DNA of 64,000 nucleotides from Bdellovibrionales bacterium (GCA_027459485.1 DAIDIG010000008.1:7402-71401), one strand, 5' to 3'. Shown: positions 33,289 to 43,271, counted from the stretch's first letter. Made by a program: numbers and translations. Notes: generated from the sequence alone by a model not told the origin.

Positions 33289-35022
33289 GTGGACGCTTCC
33301 GTTAATATCGATCAGCTCAAAATCCGTCTCCTGATCATTTGTAAATCAAAGAATCAGTTTGAAGGCGTCGCCAATTATCTAATTCGACGAGGGTGGGAAA
33401 CCACGATTTCGACGAGCATTAAAGAAGCGTTTAAAACGATATCAGTATTCAAACCTGACTTTGTACTTGTCAGCGTCAACGTTCCGACACCGAAAATTGC
33501 ACAACTTCCGATGGTTATTACGCAGACATTCAAGGCTAATACCATATTATTTTGCGAGACGTCAGACGCAAAGTCGATGAAGCTTCTCCAAACCATTGAG
33601 GCTTCGTATAAAATCATGGGCTCTGCTAGCGGACCGTCTGTCCACCGTCGAGTCAAACAGATTTTGCAAGAAATTCATCAGCCAAAGGCAGCCGTCGAAA
33701 AGAGAAACTCGGGTGATACAAAAGGTGATGGCCCTGACGCTGTCGTGATCAAGGGGTCTATTGCCTCGGGTGAAAACTCAACATTCAAAATGGATGGCGG
33801 AACCATAATCCAAAAAGGTGCGACGCTTTCAGGGTCAGCGAATTCAAATAGCACCATGTTTCACATGGGCAAAGAAATGGGTGCACGAGACAACCGGTTA
33901 TCAAGCGACAGCGACATAGGGTCGGGCCCCGAGAGCGCGGGCGACGAACTGATGGCCCTTGCGGCAAGTTTTCAAGAGGCGGAGTTGCCGGATGAGGAGA
34001 GTAGCGAAGATTTGGAATTGAAGAAGCCCGATGTATCAACGGATCGTACGAGACTCAGCACGGCCGGCCGCGCGGATGAAGGTTCAGAGGATGACGGAAG
34101 CGGGTTCCCGTCAAATGTCATAGTCGGGCGCGAGAATGACCTTAAACCAGAGTTATCGGCCGAAGAGGATGCAAATCCCCATGCACAGCCTAACGACAAC
34201 GTCGCCAATGGACCTGCGAGAGCAAAAGAGTCGGAGCGTATGCCTGCGGACCTCGAACGGCACAATAGCGAAAGCGGTAAACATGAAAAGACGGCCACTG
34301 CAGAGGCGCCTGCGACTCACGACGCCGCACCGGTCCCAAATATCGCGAGCAGTGGCGACATTTTTGCTAAAGTTTTAGAGATTGCGAAGGCCTGCGTGTT
34401 GCCGGAAGCGACACCGTCAGCGGTTCACGAAACCATTTCTGAAATCATAACTATTCCAATCCGAAAATCTGGAACAAACACGTATTTAGTTCTAGCCGGC
34501 CTGGGCGCCGTAGAAGAAGAACTCCACTTTTGCTCCCTGTTTATACCGCGCATGAAAAACGACCTGACGATAGAGTTTCCAGGTTTAGAGGTTGGAGAAA
34601 GCCAACGAATTGAATTTGAACTGTTCTCGACCCAAGAGCCAATCGCCGGCGAGCTAAAAACTTTTAGGGTGAAAAATGGAGCCGGAGAAATTCTAATTAA
34701 GTTTATAGAAGAGGCAGCCCACGAAGCGCAAGTTCGCTCGACAGGTGCAGGATTTAAGGCAGAAATAGATCCGAATGACCTGGTGCCCAACGCGGCGGTT
34801 GGTGTCGCGGTTTTTTTATACCTCGAAAAAAACAACAAACATTATTTATATTTGAAGCCACGCAGCCGAATCTCTGAAAAACAAAAGCTTCGACTCATAT
34901 CGGAAAAATCAAAATTATTTATCAATAAGAACGATGCGAATATGTATCGAGCTGTATTGCGAAAAAATAAAACATTCGAGGCGTTTTATAACCCACCTAA
35001 ACGGTCAAACAAAGCAGCCTAA
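33289..35022 (+). CDS. Hypothetical protein: N-terminal pseudo-receiver (CheY-like fold lacking the phospho-acceptor Asp), long acidic low-complexity linker, unknown C-terminal domain
   Basis: 577-aa ORF with a GTG start. It reads RLLIICKSKNQ where receivers have xLxVDD, and PDFVLVSVNVP where receivers have PDxxxxDxxMP. Residues about 130-340 are Ser/Asp/Glu/Gly-rich. Confidence 0.65.
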   Translation: MDASVNIDQLKIRLLIICKSKNQFEGVANYLIRRGWETTISTSIKEAFKTISVFKPDFVLVSVNVPTPKIAQLPMVITQTFKANTILFCETSDAKSMKLLQTIEASYKIMGSASGPSVHRRVKQILQEIHQPKAAVEKRNSGDTKGDGPDAVVIKGSIASGENSTFKMDGGTIIQKGATLSGSANSNSTMFHMGKEMGARDNRLSSDSDIGSGPESAGDELMALAASFQEAELPDEESSEDLELKKPDVSTDRTRLSTAGRADEGSEDDGSGFPSNVIVGRENDLKPELSAEEDANPHAQPNDNVANGPARAKESERMPADLERHNSESGKHEKTATAEAPATHDAAPVPNIASSGDIFAKVLEIAKACVLPEATPSAVHETISEIITIPIRKSGTNTYLVLAGLGAVEEELHFCSLFIPRMKNDLTIEFPGLEVGESQRIEFELFSTQEPIAGELKTFRVKNGAGEILIKFIEEAAHEAQVRSTGAGFKAEIDPNDLVPNAAVGVAVFLYLEKNNKHYLYLKPRSRISEKQKLRLISEKSKLFINKNDANMYRAVLRKNKTFEAFYNPPKRSNKAA

Positions 35023-35024
35023 GC

Positions 35025-36401
35025 TTACAGTAACGGCGTCACGATCGATTCAATTTGATTGCGAATTCGCTGTAAACCGGATTCTGTGAGCGATTCAAAG
35101 CGCAGAACCAAAACCGGTTGAGTATTGGACGGGCGCGCTAGCGCCCAGCCGTCAGAAAAACTAATGCGAATGCCGTCGATAAGGTTGACCTTATACCCCT
35201 CCGTGTTCTTTGAATAATGCCGACGAATTGCCTCGACGATACTCACCTTTTTTTCTTCGGTCGTATCGATGCGAATCTCGGGAGTATTATAGGTGGTGGG
35301 TAGGTCGCTCAAGAGTTCACGAACCGTTTTGCCCGTGTTCGAAATAATTTCCACAACCCGCAGAGCCGCGTAGAGAGCGTCGTCATAGCCGTAATTACGG
35401 TCGGCAAAAAAAACATGGCCGCTCAATTCACCCCCAAACGGCGCGTGCTCGGCTTTCACCTTTTCTTTGATCAAGCTGTGGCCCGTCTTCCACATGATCG
35501 GCTCGCCGCCGTATTTTCTAATATAATCGTAGATGCGATCGGAGCACTTCACGTCACCAATAATTTTGGAGCCGGGGTTTTTATCCAACACGAATCGTCC
35601 GCAAAGCGCGATCAGTTCATCTCCCAAAATTTGTTTGCCGTGCTCATCAACAAGTCCGATGCGATCTGCATCACCGTCAAAACCGATCCCGACCGTCGCG
35701 CGCGACTCTTTAACCGCCGCGCTCAACGCAATAAGATTCTCCTCAACCGTGGGGTCGGGGTGATGATTTGGAAATGTTCCGTCGGGTTTTTCGAACAGAA
35801 TTTTCGGCTTGAGGCCGACTGACGCGAAGAGCTCGCGAACAACACATCCGGCGGCGCCATTACCGCAATCGAGAACAACGGGAACGGGCTTAAGTTGACC
35901 GAATTCTTTGGCATAGCGTTCGATGTATTGCGGCAGTATATTGATCGTGGTTTCTGTTCCACTTACAGAGGCTGTAATAAAATCATTTTCGGCTATCAAC
36001 GTTCCGAGCGCTTGTATTTCTTTGCCGAATATCGTCGATTGACCGACTGAAATTTTGAATCCGTTATAGTTGGGTGGATTGTGGCTGCCGGTCACCATGA
36101 CGCTGCCGTGAACATCGTTCAAAGCGAATGTCGCGTAATATGCGATCGGGGTCGTGACAAGGCCCAGGTGAACGACGGATCCACCACTTTTTAAAATACC
36201 GCGGGTGAGCGCTCTTACGATATCCGGGCTCGAAAGACGAGCGTCTCTACCCAAAGCAATTTTCGGTGTGCGATTGTTTTTCACGCTCGCAAAATAGGTA
36301 ACTAGCCCGCGTCCTAACTTTTCTGCAAAGTCCAAGTCGAACTGTTCATTGTATACGCCTCGAATATCGTATTCGCGAAAAATGACCGGTTGATGGGCCA
36401 T
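35025..36401 (-). CDS. Phosphomannomutase/phosphoglucomutase
   Basis: Active-site loop is VTGSHNPPNYNGFKI, with metal-binding GFDGDADR. Start set at the ATG at 36401 (MAHQPVIFREYDIRG), which is preceded by GGGGGAG; the ORF-track start at 36437 would overlap pdxA. Confidence 0.92.
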   Translation of the reverse strand: MAHQPVIFREYDIRGVYNEQFDLDFAEKLGRGLVTYFASVKNNRTPKIALGRDARLSSPDIVRALTRGILKSGGSVVHLGLVTTPIAYYATFALNDVHGSVMVTGSHNPPNYNGFKISVGQSTIFGKEIQALGTLIAENDFITASVSGTETTINILPQYIERYAKEFGQLKPVPVVLDCGNGAAGCVVRELFASVGLKPKILFEKPDGTFPNHHPDPTVEENLIALSAAVKESRATVGIGFDGDADRIGLVDEHGKQILGDELIALCGRFVLDKNPGSKIIGDVKCSDRIYDYIRKYGGEPIMWKTGHSLIKEKVKAEHAPFGGELSGHVFFADRNYGYDDALYAALRVVEIISNTGKTVRELLSDLPTTYNTPEIRIDTTEEKKVSIVEAIRRHYSKNTEGYKVNLIDGIRISFSDGWALARPSNTQPVLVLRFESLTESGLQRIRNQIESIVTPLL

Positions 36402-36415
36402 GTAAACTCCCCCAG

Positions 36416-37405
36416 TTAATTGTGGCGCGCTCGACACAAGCGCAGAGCCAAACGTATGGCTTCGATCATCGAGCCCGGATTGGCCTTGTTTTTACCAAAT
36501 ATGTCTTTTGCGGTCCCATGGTCGACGCTTGTCCGAATGATGGGTAAACCAAGTGTAACGTGGGCGCCGGATTGCTGCCCATGAACCGCTTTAAAGGGGA
36601 TTAACCCCTGATCGTGATAAGGGCAAACGTAAAGCGAATAATTGCGCCAATTATTTGGCAAAAAGGCTGCATCTGGTACCAGGGGGCCATCTATCTTCAA
36701 CCGAGACATCCTGGCTTCAGCGAGTGCTCTCTTAAAAACAGTCGATTCTTCGTCGCCGATAATCCCGCCATCGCTGGCGTGTGGGTTTAATGCCACAAGC
36801 GCAATCGGTAGAGCGGCCTTCGCCTTTGGCAATATCCGGCGAAACTGATCAGCCAAAGTAATGGTCTCGTATAGGTTCTCGTAAGAAAGGCGCTTTGCAA
36901 CGGCTCTGATTGGAACATGCCCAGTGGCGAGAACAACGCTGAATTTACCTCCGAGAAAAGCCATGCGAACTCGCGTTTTTTCAACGCCGCAAATCCGAGC
37001 CAAAATGTCCGTATGCCCGATATCTGAAAACCCCGACTCACGAATCAGTGTTTTTGAAAGCGGACCTGTTGCTAACCCACCGGCACGACCCTCCAGGCAC
37101 GCGCGGGCGCTCTGCTCGATCCAAATTGGTGGATGCAACGGACTTTCAACCACTAGTGCTCGCGCGTGCTCCCGCGATGATAGCGCGTCATCAAGAGACC
37201 CGACGGTTTTGCCGGCGTATTCTTTTAATAGCTGACCGCGAAGACGTTTGACCAGGTTATGTCTAGTCGGCGCGGTCATAATGATGAATTGTACGCCTTT
37301 AACGACGGGCAAACGAAGAAGTGCTTTGCAGACGATCTCGTCCCCGATCCCGTCAGTGTCACCAGTTGTTAGAATGAGTTTCAAATCAGCCGGCTTTTTG
37401 ATCAT
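36416..37405 (-). CDS. pdxA: 4-hydroxythreonine-4-phosphate dehydrogenase
   Basis: 329-aa ORF with TGDTDGIGDEI, LNPHASDGG and IIRTSVDHGTAKDI. It lies downstream of surA, the surA-pdxA linkage I recall from E. coli. Confidence 0.92.
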   Translation of the reverse strand: MIKKPADLKLILTTGDTDGIGDEIVCKALLRLPVVKGVQFIIMTAPTRHNLVKRLRGQLLKEYAGKTVGSLDDALSSREHARALVVESPLHPPIWIEQSARACLEGRAGGLATGPLSKTLIRESGFSDIGHTDILARICGVEKTRVRMAFLGGKFSVVLATGHVPIRAVAKRLSYENLYETITLADQFRRILPKAKAALPIALVALNPHASDGGIIGDEESTVFKRALAEARMSRLKIDGPLVPDAAFLPNNWRNYSLYVCPYHDQGLIPFKAVHGQQSGAHVTLGLPIIRTSVDHGTAKDIFGKNKANPGSMIEAIRLALRLCRARHN

Positions 37406-38357
37406 GAAAGTGAATGAACGACTCGGCTCGTTTCTTTGCGAGCCAAGCGTGAAACTGCCTTTTGAATTCGATAGAGGTGAGGTATCGGCGAATCTCTTCT
37501 CGTTTCGCCTCGAGATCGGGAGAAGGAACCAAAACCTTTTTTACAACTTTGAAAATATGAAAACCATCGGGCATTTGAACCACCGATGAGACATCTCCAG
37601 CCGATAGCGGCGCGAGCACTTGTCGCAGCTGCGGATTCAAATCACTCAAGTGGAATGTTCCGAAGCTGCCGCCGTTTTGGCTGTACTCCTTGTCTTCAGA
37701 ATATTGTGAAACGAGAGTGTCAAACGGCAAGCCCTCGTCGAGTTTCTTCTTCACATCTTCAGCGCGCAATTTGGCCGCGTCCACTCCACCGTTCGAGTCG
37801 GCGAAAAAAATATGAGATAACGTGTATTCGAAAACCAGCGGATTCTTCACGTGTTTTTGAGAGGAATAAAAAGCGTTGATTTGATCGTCTGAAATCTTGA
37901 TTTTTGAGCTCACCTCTTTTTGCAAAAGCGTTTGACGCTCCATACTTGTTCGAATGAAATCCTGATACTTAGCGTACGTTACACCTTGCGCTTTGAGCGC
38001 GTTTTTCAAATCATCTAGACTCAATCCTTTGCCCTGTGCGATGCTGCCGATCTCAGAATCAACCTGCTCTATCGGGGTGATGATCCCTTGTTTCTTGACC
38101 GCGTCATCGATCAAATTCTGGTCAATTAAAAAATTCATCACGGCTTTATCATCGGTCTGAAGTTTTGAAACGTCGTAAAGACTCAGGAGGCCTTGATCCA
38201 AAAGTCCGTGATTTTTAAGGTCGTGTTTAAAGTGATCGACATCCGATTGAGTGATGGCATCGTCGTTTACAACGGCGACGATTCGATCGACAAGCTCCGC
38301 TTGAACTGAAACACTGAATACTAAGAGCGCCGCCACGAAAACGCTTCGGCACATCAA
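37386..38357 (-). CDS. surA: Periplasmic chaperone/peptidyl-prolyl isomerase SurA-like
   Basis: 323-aa ORF with a signal peptide, a SurA N-terminal motif (ELVDRIVAVVNDDAITQSDVD) and one parvulin domain (SQNGGSFGTF..., PDGFHIFKV). Confidence 0.85.
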   Translation of the reverse strand: MMCRSVFVAALLVFSVSVQAELVDRIVAVVNDDAITQSDVDHFKHDLKNHGLLDQGLLSLYDVSKLQTDDKAVMNFLIDQNLIDDAVKKQGIITPIEQVDSEIGSIAQGKGLSLDDLKNALKAQGVTYAKYQDFIRTSMERQTLLQKEVSSKIKISDDQINAFYSSQKHVKNPLVFEYTLSHIFFADSNGGVDAAKLRAEDVKKKLDEGLPFDTLVSQYSEDKEYSQNGGSFGTFHLSDLNPQLRQVLAPLSAGDVSSVVQMPDGFHIFKVVKKVLVPSPDLEAKREEIRRYLTSIEFKRQFHAWLAKKRAESFIHFHDQKAG

Positions 38358-39331
38358 TTTTCACTCCGATCTTGCACATAAATATGGTCAATTAAGCTAT
38401 CGTTTTTATAAATGTGAGACTTTAACACCTGTTTCTCCAGCCAGTCTGAGTACACAGTTTGCTCGCTCTCAGCAAGCAGTTGTCGCTCAATACGTTTTTT
38501 GGCTTCTTCAAATGTAAGAGGGCGCCCACTTCGCTTTTCGAGGATTTGAAAAATTTGATACCCATAAGCGCTTTTCACGACTTGCCATTGTTTGAGCGGA
38601 TATGGTTTTGCGCTGAACACATTTTGTGGAGTTTTCTCGACCCAACCAAGGTCACCGCCGTTTGCGCCCTCGGGTGTAATCGAAAATTTCTTGGCTAAGG
38701 CAGCAAAGCTTTTGCCAGCCTTCAACGCCGCGCGAATTCGATCAGCATCGGCTTCATTTGCCACAACGATTTGTCGAATATGCAGCGCCGCCGGCAATTG
38801 AAGTTCCGAGCGGTGCGCGGAATAGTATGTCTTCATTTCATCCGAACTGGGGCGAGCCACGCCCTTCATCAGCGTTTCTTGTACGAGCTCCTGAAGAAGA
38901 GTCACGCGTAGACGCTCTTCCCACGCGTCGAAGGTCAGCCCTTGATCCGCTAATGATTTTCGAAAAGCAATATCGTCGGGGTATTCTTTTCTAATTTTGT
39001 TCACTTCAGAGTCGAGGTCTTCTTTGCGCACAAAAATCTGATGCCTTTTGGCCCAATGCTGAGTCACCGACTGAACGATGAAGTCCTGAACGATCAATTT
39101 TTTGGTCCGCTTTAAAACGTTTGAATCTTTGGCCGAGAGATCGTCAAATAGTTTGAGTCGGTCCGCGAGCCGGTCTGAAAATTCGCCGGCAGTCATGACT
39201 GTTTCATTCACTTTTATAACCGGGAGCTGACGAATATCGCGTGCTGTTCGAGTGCATCCCGCGGCAATAACCAACGGCGAAGCGAGCGCCACAAGCACCC
39301 AGCCCGAGGCAAAAGCTTTTTTAAAGATCAT
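38354..39331 (-). CDS. Parvulin-type peptidyl-prolyl isomerase lipoprotein (PrsA/PpiD-like)
   Basis: 325-aa ORF with a lipobox (VIAAGC) and a parvulin domain (GANGGDLGWV..., SAYGYQIFQILE). Confidence 0.8.
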   Translation of the reverse strand: MIFKKAFASGWVLVALASPLVIAAGCTRTARDIRQLPVIKVNETVMTAGEFSDRLADRLKLFDDLSAKDSNVLKRTKKLIVQDFIVQSVTQHWAKRHQIFVRKEDLDSEVNKIRKEYPDDIAFRKSLADQGLTFDAWEERLRVTLLQELVQETLMKGVARPSSDEMKTYYSAHRSELQLPAALHIRQIVVANEADADRIRAALKAGKSFAALAKKFSITPEGANGGDLGWVEKTPQNVFSAKPYPLKQWQVVKSAYGYQIFQILEKRSGRPLTFEEAKKRIERQLLAESEQTVYSDWLEKQVLKSHIYKNDSLIDHIYVQDRSEN

Positions 39332-40143
39332 CTAAGTGACTTAACTAATTTCTCGTTCTTAGTCACTCGGTATCGAGACCTGATGCTGTTGAAGTATTGA
39401 TCGAAAAAAACCTTCCGTTTTTCGTCAAATACGGCGGCACGGATCTGATCTTTGTTGGCATCGCGATAGCTCCGGCGGCCGGTCATTTTAATAATATGAA
39501 ATCCGTATTGAGTTCGAACCGGTGCTGAAATTTGCCCAAGCTTTAATTTTAAAAGAGCATCGTAATAAGTTGGCACCACGGTGATGCGATTTTGATATCC
39601 GATATCACCACCCGCAGGCTTACTCAAATTGTCATCGGAATAGAGGCGAACCAACTCGGCGAACGGGCGACGGCTTTGGCGAACGTCATTGTATATCTCG
39701 TATGCGCGCTTTCGGGCGGCTGCGATTTGTTCAGGAGTTGCGTCGGGTTTAAATTCAATGAGGATGTGGCTCGAGCGAATCTCCGGATTTTTTTCGTAGT
39801 AGTTTCGCATTTCCGCTTCGGTAACACGAATTTGCTGAATTTTGTCTCCTAAAACTTTATCTAGCAAACCCTTATATATATCTTTTCGAATCGCTTCGCG
39901 AACTTCGGGCTCGTCTTGTATGTGGCGCCGCTTTGCCTCTTGCACGCCCATTTCGAAGCGGATTAAGTCGGACAAAAAAGCTTGCGGAGTTGGCGGGTTG
40001 ATCGTCTCTTTTTTCACTTCGGCGTAACGCTGATTGAAGTATTGAACGGTTATATTTTTGTCGCCAACGCGGGCCAGGACCTGGGCATGAGTCTGTTGGG
40101 CCAGTGCGGCAAAAAACAGGGCAATAACGATTTCTTTAGTCAT
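39328..40143 (-). CDS. Parvulin-type peptidyl-prolyl isomerase, secreted
   Basis: 271-aa ORF with a signal peptide and a parvulin domain (SHILIEF..., KPAGGDIGYQ..., TQYGFHIIKM). Confidence 0.8.
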   Translation of the reverse strand: MTKEIVIALFFAALAQQTHAQVLARVGDKNITVQYFNQRYAEVKKETINPPTPQAFLSDLIRFEMGVQEAKRRHIQDEPEVREAIRKDIYKGLLDKVLGDKIQQIRVTEAEMRNYYEKNPEIRSSHILIEFKPDATPEQIAAARKRAYEIYNDVRQSRRPFAELVRLYSDDNLSKPAGGDIGYQNRITVVPTYYDALLKLKLGQISAPVRTQYGFHIIKMTGRRSYRDANKDQIRAAVFDEKRKVFFDQYFNSIRSRYRVTKNEKLVKSLR

Positions 40144-40176
40144 GTCAGACCTCTACTTAAAACGCTAACATCGTGG

Positions 40177-40803
40177 TCATCGTGCAGCAATAATTTTGCC
40201 CGCCTGGTGCCGAGCGGCGTCAATGCAAGCTTTCAGATGAGCGGAAACTTCTGTGGTCGAGTCGGGTCGGGTTTGGAGCGGGGGTAAAGGTTCGTCCAGT
40301 ACAACAATAACGCGAGCAAAGGGCAGTGGTAGATACGTTTTGTTCCATGATTTTTCAAAAACACGTGTGGGAGAGGCGGCCACTCCAGTCGGCACAATGG
40401 GCACTTGGCAAAGTCTCGAGAGTTCAAACACCCCGGCTTTCGGCTCGTAAATCGGACCGCGCGGCCCGTCGACTGCAATTGAAGCATTATGCCCAGACTT
40501 GACGAGCCTAATGAGGCCTTTGAGTGCGCCGGCTCCCCCTCGAGTGGATGACCCACGAGCCGTAAAGCCGCCAAACTTTCGTATAGCAAAGTCCACGATG
40601 GCGCCGTCCTTGCTGGTCGAAGTCATGGTTGAAAGGCCGTACCGTTTCACCAAATAGATAAGAGCAAGTTCGTCGCCATGCCAATGCGCGAAGATAACGG
40701 GCTTTTTTTCGGCAAGGTACTTTTTAAGGCCGGGCGCTTCGACGACTTGAATGCGCCACGAAGCAACAAGCAGGCGGTAGACAAAATAAATGAGCCAGTT
40801 CAC
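40177..40803 (-). CDS. Lysophospholipid-acyltransferase-like protein (DUF374-type)
   Basis: 208-aa ORF with FAHWHGDELAL (an HX4D-like acyltransferase motif) and AVDGPRGP. Confidence 0.65.
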   Translation of the reverse strand: MNWLIYFVYRLLVASWRIQVVEAPGLKKYLAEKKPVIFAHWHGDELALIYLVKRYGLSTMTSTSKDGAIVDFAIRKFGGFTARGSSTRGGAGALKGLIRLVKSGHNASIAVDGPRGPIYEPKAGVFELSRLCQVPIVPTGVAASPTRVFEKSWNKTYLPLPFARVIVVLDEPLPPLQTRPDSTTEVSAHLKACIDAARHQAGKIIAAR

Positions 40804-41759
40804 TGAAGGAGTTTTTTAAATTCTTCGGTCAGAGACGGAACGATCTCAAAAACATCGCCGACAATTCCGTAAGTCGCCTTTTGAAAGATAGGCGCGTCTG
40901 GATCTTTATTGATCGCGACAATAACCTTGCTTCCGCTCATCCCGGCGAGATGTTGGATCGCGCCTGAAATCCCGCACGCGATGTACAAAGTCGGCGCGAC
41001 AGTTTTACCCGTTTGGCCGACTTGCATCGAGTGCGGAACCCAACCCGCATCCACCACCGCCCGAGACGCGCCAACCGTGGCGCCCAAAACAGTCGCTAAA
41101 TCTTCGAGCAATTTAAAATGCTCGGGGCCTTTCATGCCACGACCGCCCGAAACGATAATGTTGGCTTCGGTTAGATCGAGCTTTTCTGACGCGCCTTTGA
41201 CGATCTCTTTAATTCGGGTTTTTAAATCAACCGGCGAAAGGGCGAGCTTTCTTATGTTGGCTGTCGTGTTTTTAATCGGCTGACCGATCGGCAGCTGATT
41301 AGCCCGCATGAGAATAATTTTTGTTGCGGCTGTCTGGAACTCGACGCGCGCCGAACACCTGCCGGCATAAAGCGGCTTTCTAACAACTGCGGCACCACCC
41401 GAAAAGCTGAGCTCGGTGCAATCGCTCGCAACCGCTCCCCCGATTTTTTGTGCCACTCGCGGGAAGAGATCGCGCCCCAACATTGACGAAGCGGCCAGTA
41501 CGTAATCAGGCTTTGCTTCGCTTATTGCGGCGGCCATAATGCTAAAATAAAGTTCCGGGTTATAATCTTTAAGAAGAGGATCTCCGCAGACATACACTTC
41601 GCCGACACCCCAGGCCCCCAATTGGCCGGCAAGCGATTCGGCTTCAGCTCCTAAAACGACAGCTTTTGTTTCAAGGCCCGATTGCTGAGCAGCCGTTAAC
41701 AGTTCGAGTGTTCCGCGTTTAAATTCTTGGCCTGAATGTTCAGCGAAAATTAAAATCAT
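40800..41759 (-). CDS. etfA: Electron transfer flavoprotein alpha subunit
   Basis: 319-aa ORF with the C-terminal FAD-binding block [11 protein letters not shown]...[29 protein letters not shown]. Confidence 0.93.
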   Translation of the reverse strand: MILIFAEHSGQEFKRGTLELLTAAQQSGLETKAVVLGAEAESLAGQLGAWGVGEVYVCGDPLLKDYNPELYFSIMAAAISEAKPDYVLAASSMLGRDLFPRVAQKIGGAVASDCTELSFSGGAAVVRKPLYAGRCSARVEFQTAATKIILMRANQLPIGQPIKNTTANIRKLALSPVDLKTRIKEIVKGASEKLDLTEANIIVSGGRGMKGPEHFKLLEDLATVLGATVGASRAVVDAGWVPHSMQVGQTGKTVAPTLYIACGISGAIQHLAGMSGSKVIVAINKDPDAPIFQKATYGIVGDVFEIVPSLTEEFKKLLQ

Positions 41760-42532
41760 AGAACCTTTGCCTCTTCGCGCAAGAGACGCGCAAGCTCATG
41801 GCTCTGCGTTTTGACGTCGCCGGCCAGGATTTTCACCGCCGGCTTTTCTGGCGGCAGCCGAAATTCGGCATAGCGAAATGCACCTTTAGCCGGATCGACT
41901 CCGAGATCATTCAAGCTCACTTCTTTAATCGTCTTTTTCTTTGCCTTCATGATGCCAGGCAGGCTTGCGTATCGCGGAGTATTAAGGCCCTTGTTTGCCG
42001 CCAACAAAGCCGGCAACGAAATTTCAAAAATTTCTTTGGTGCCGCCTTCAATTTCGCGCTCAACGGTTGCGACGCCGCCATTCAATGTCAGCTTCGAAAT
42101 AACTGTGGCGTGAGGGATGCCAAGTTCACCGGCTAAGATTTGGCCGACACTCGCGGCGTTGTCATCGATTGCGTGTCGGCCCGTCAGCACGAGGTCAAAC
42201 GCGCCTTCTTTTTTCAAAGCAGCCGCCAGAGCACGACCGGTCAAAGAGGTGTCTAAAAATTCAGGAGCGTCGATGACAACAGCCTCATCGGCCCCCATGG
42301 CAAGGGCGGTACGAAGTGCTTCGGAGCATCGTCCTTTGGGGCCGAGACAAAAAACAAGCACGCTTGAACCGGCGTTGGAGTCGCGAATTTTGATGCCCTC
42401 TTCGATGGCGTGTTCGTCATATGGGTTAATCACCCATTTGACACCTGTCGGCTCGATACCCGACTGATCGGGCTTAAGTTTTATTTTGGTCTCCGTGTCG
42501 GGGACCTGCTTGATACAAACCGCAATGCGCAT
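41756..42532 (-). CDS. etfB: Electron transfer flavoprotein beta subunit
   Basis: 258-aa ORF (MRIAVCIKQVPDTETKIKL..., VINPYDEHAIEE, LVLTGRHAIDDNAASVGQ). It overlaps the etfA start by 4 nt. Confidence 0.93.
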   Translation of the reverse strand: MRIAVCIKQVPDTETKIKLKPDQSGIEPTGVKWVINPYDEHAIEEGIKIRDSNAGSSVLVFCLGPKGRCSEALRTALAMGADEAVVIDAPEFLDTSLTGRALAAALKKEGAFDLVLTGRHAIDDNAASVGQILAGELGIPHATVISKLTLNGGVATVEREIEGGTKEIFEISLPALLAANKGLNTPRYASLPGIMKAKKKTIKEVSLNDLGVDPAKGAFRYAEFRLPPEKPAVKILAGDVKTQSHELARLLREEAKVL

Positions 42533-42587
42533 TAAATTGACTGTACTCGGATTTTTTCGCCAAGGCGACTAATTTGTTCTAAAAAAG

Positions 42588-43268
42588 TTGAGGTTTGACG
42601 TGTCCACGAAGGCGTATTTTTCATCGACAATCGGCAGAAAACAAATAATGGCAATCGCTGGTCTCGGCCTTTGTCTTTTTGTTTTGGTCCATGCCGCAGG
42701 CAACATGCTCCTTTTTAAAAGCTCCGAAGCGTACAACCGTTATAGCAACGATTTGATCACGAACCATTTGATTTATGTCGCTGAAGCCGGCCTCGTATTC
42801 TTCTTTTTGGCGCACATCGTGCAGGGTATTGTTGTCACATTTCGCAACCGCAACGCGCGCAAACCCGGCTACGCCGTACGATCTAACGGGGCGAAAGGGA
42901 CCTCGCTCAACAAGCGGACCATGATTTTGCAAGGGCTGATCATTTTGGTATTTGTCATTCTTCACTTGCGCGAATTCAAATACGGGCCGGAATACACCGT
43001 CGTCTACAACGGTGAGCAAATGAGAGATTTATTCCGCCTCGTTCATCAAACGTTTCAAAATCCTCTTTATGTCGGCTGGTATTTGTTAGCGGTCACGATT
43101 TTATGCTTTCACCTCGCGCACGGCTTTTACTCCGCACTGCAAACTCTCGGCATGCAAAACGACCGGTATCGGCCGATGAGCCAGGCGCTCTCGGTCGCCT
43201 TCGGAGTTTTGGTCTGTGGCATGTTCGCAGCGCAACCCCTCTACATGTTGCTTTTTTATAAGGGATAA
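42588..43268 (+). CDS. sdhC: Succinate dehydrogenase/fumarate reductase cytochrome b subunit (single large b558-type anchor)
   Basis: 226-aa ORF with five TM helices and conserved His residues (HAAGN, LAHIVQG, LHLREF, FHLAHGF). It lies directly upstream of sdhA. The start could instead be the GTG at 42600. Confidence 0.85.
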   Translation: MRFDVSTKAYFSSTIGRKQIMAIAGLGLCLFVLVHAAGNMLLFKSSEAYNRYSNDLITNHLIYVAEAGLVFFFLAHIVQGIVVTFRNRNARKPGYAVRSNGAKGTSLNKRTMILQGLIILVFVILHLREFKYGPEYTVVYNGEQMRDLFRLVHQTFQNPLYVGWYLLAVTILCFHLAHGFYSALQTLGMQNDRYRPMSQALSVAFGVLVCGMFAAQPLYMLLFYKG

Positions 43269-43271
43269 ATC

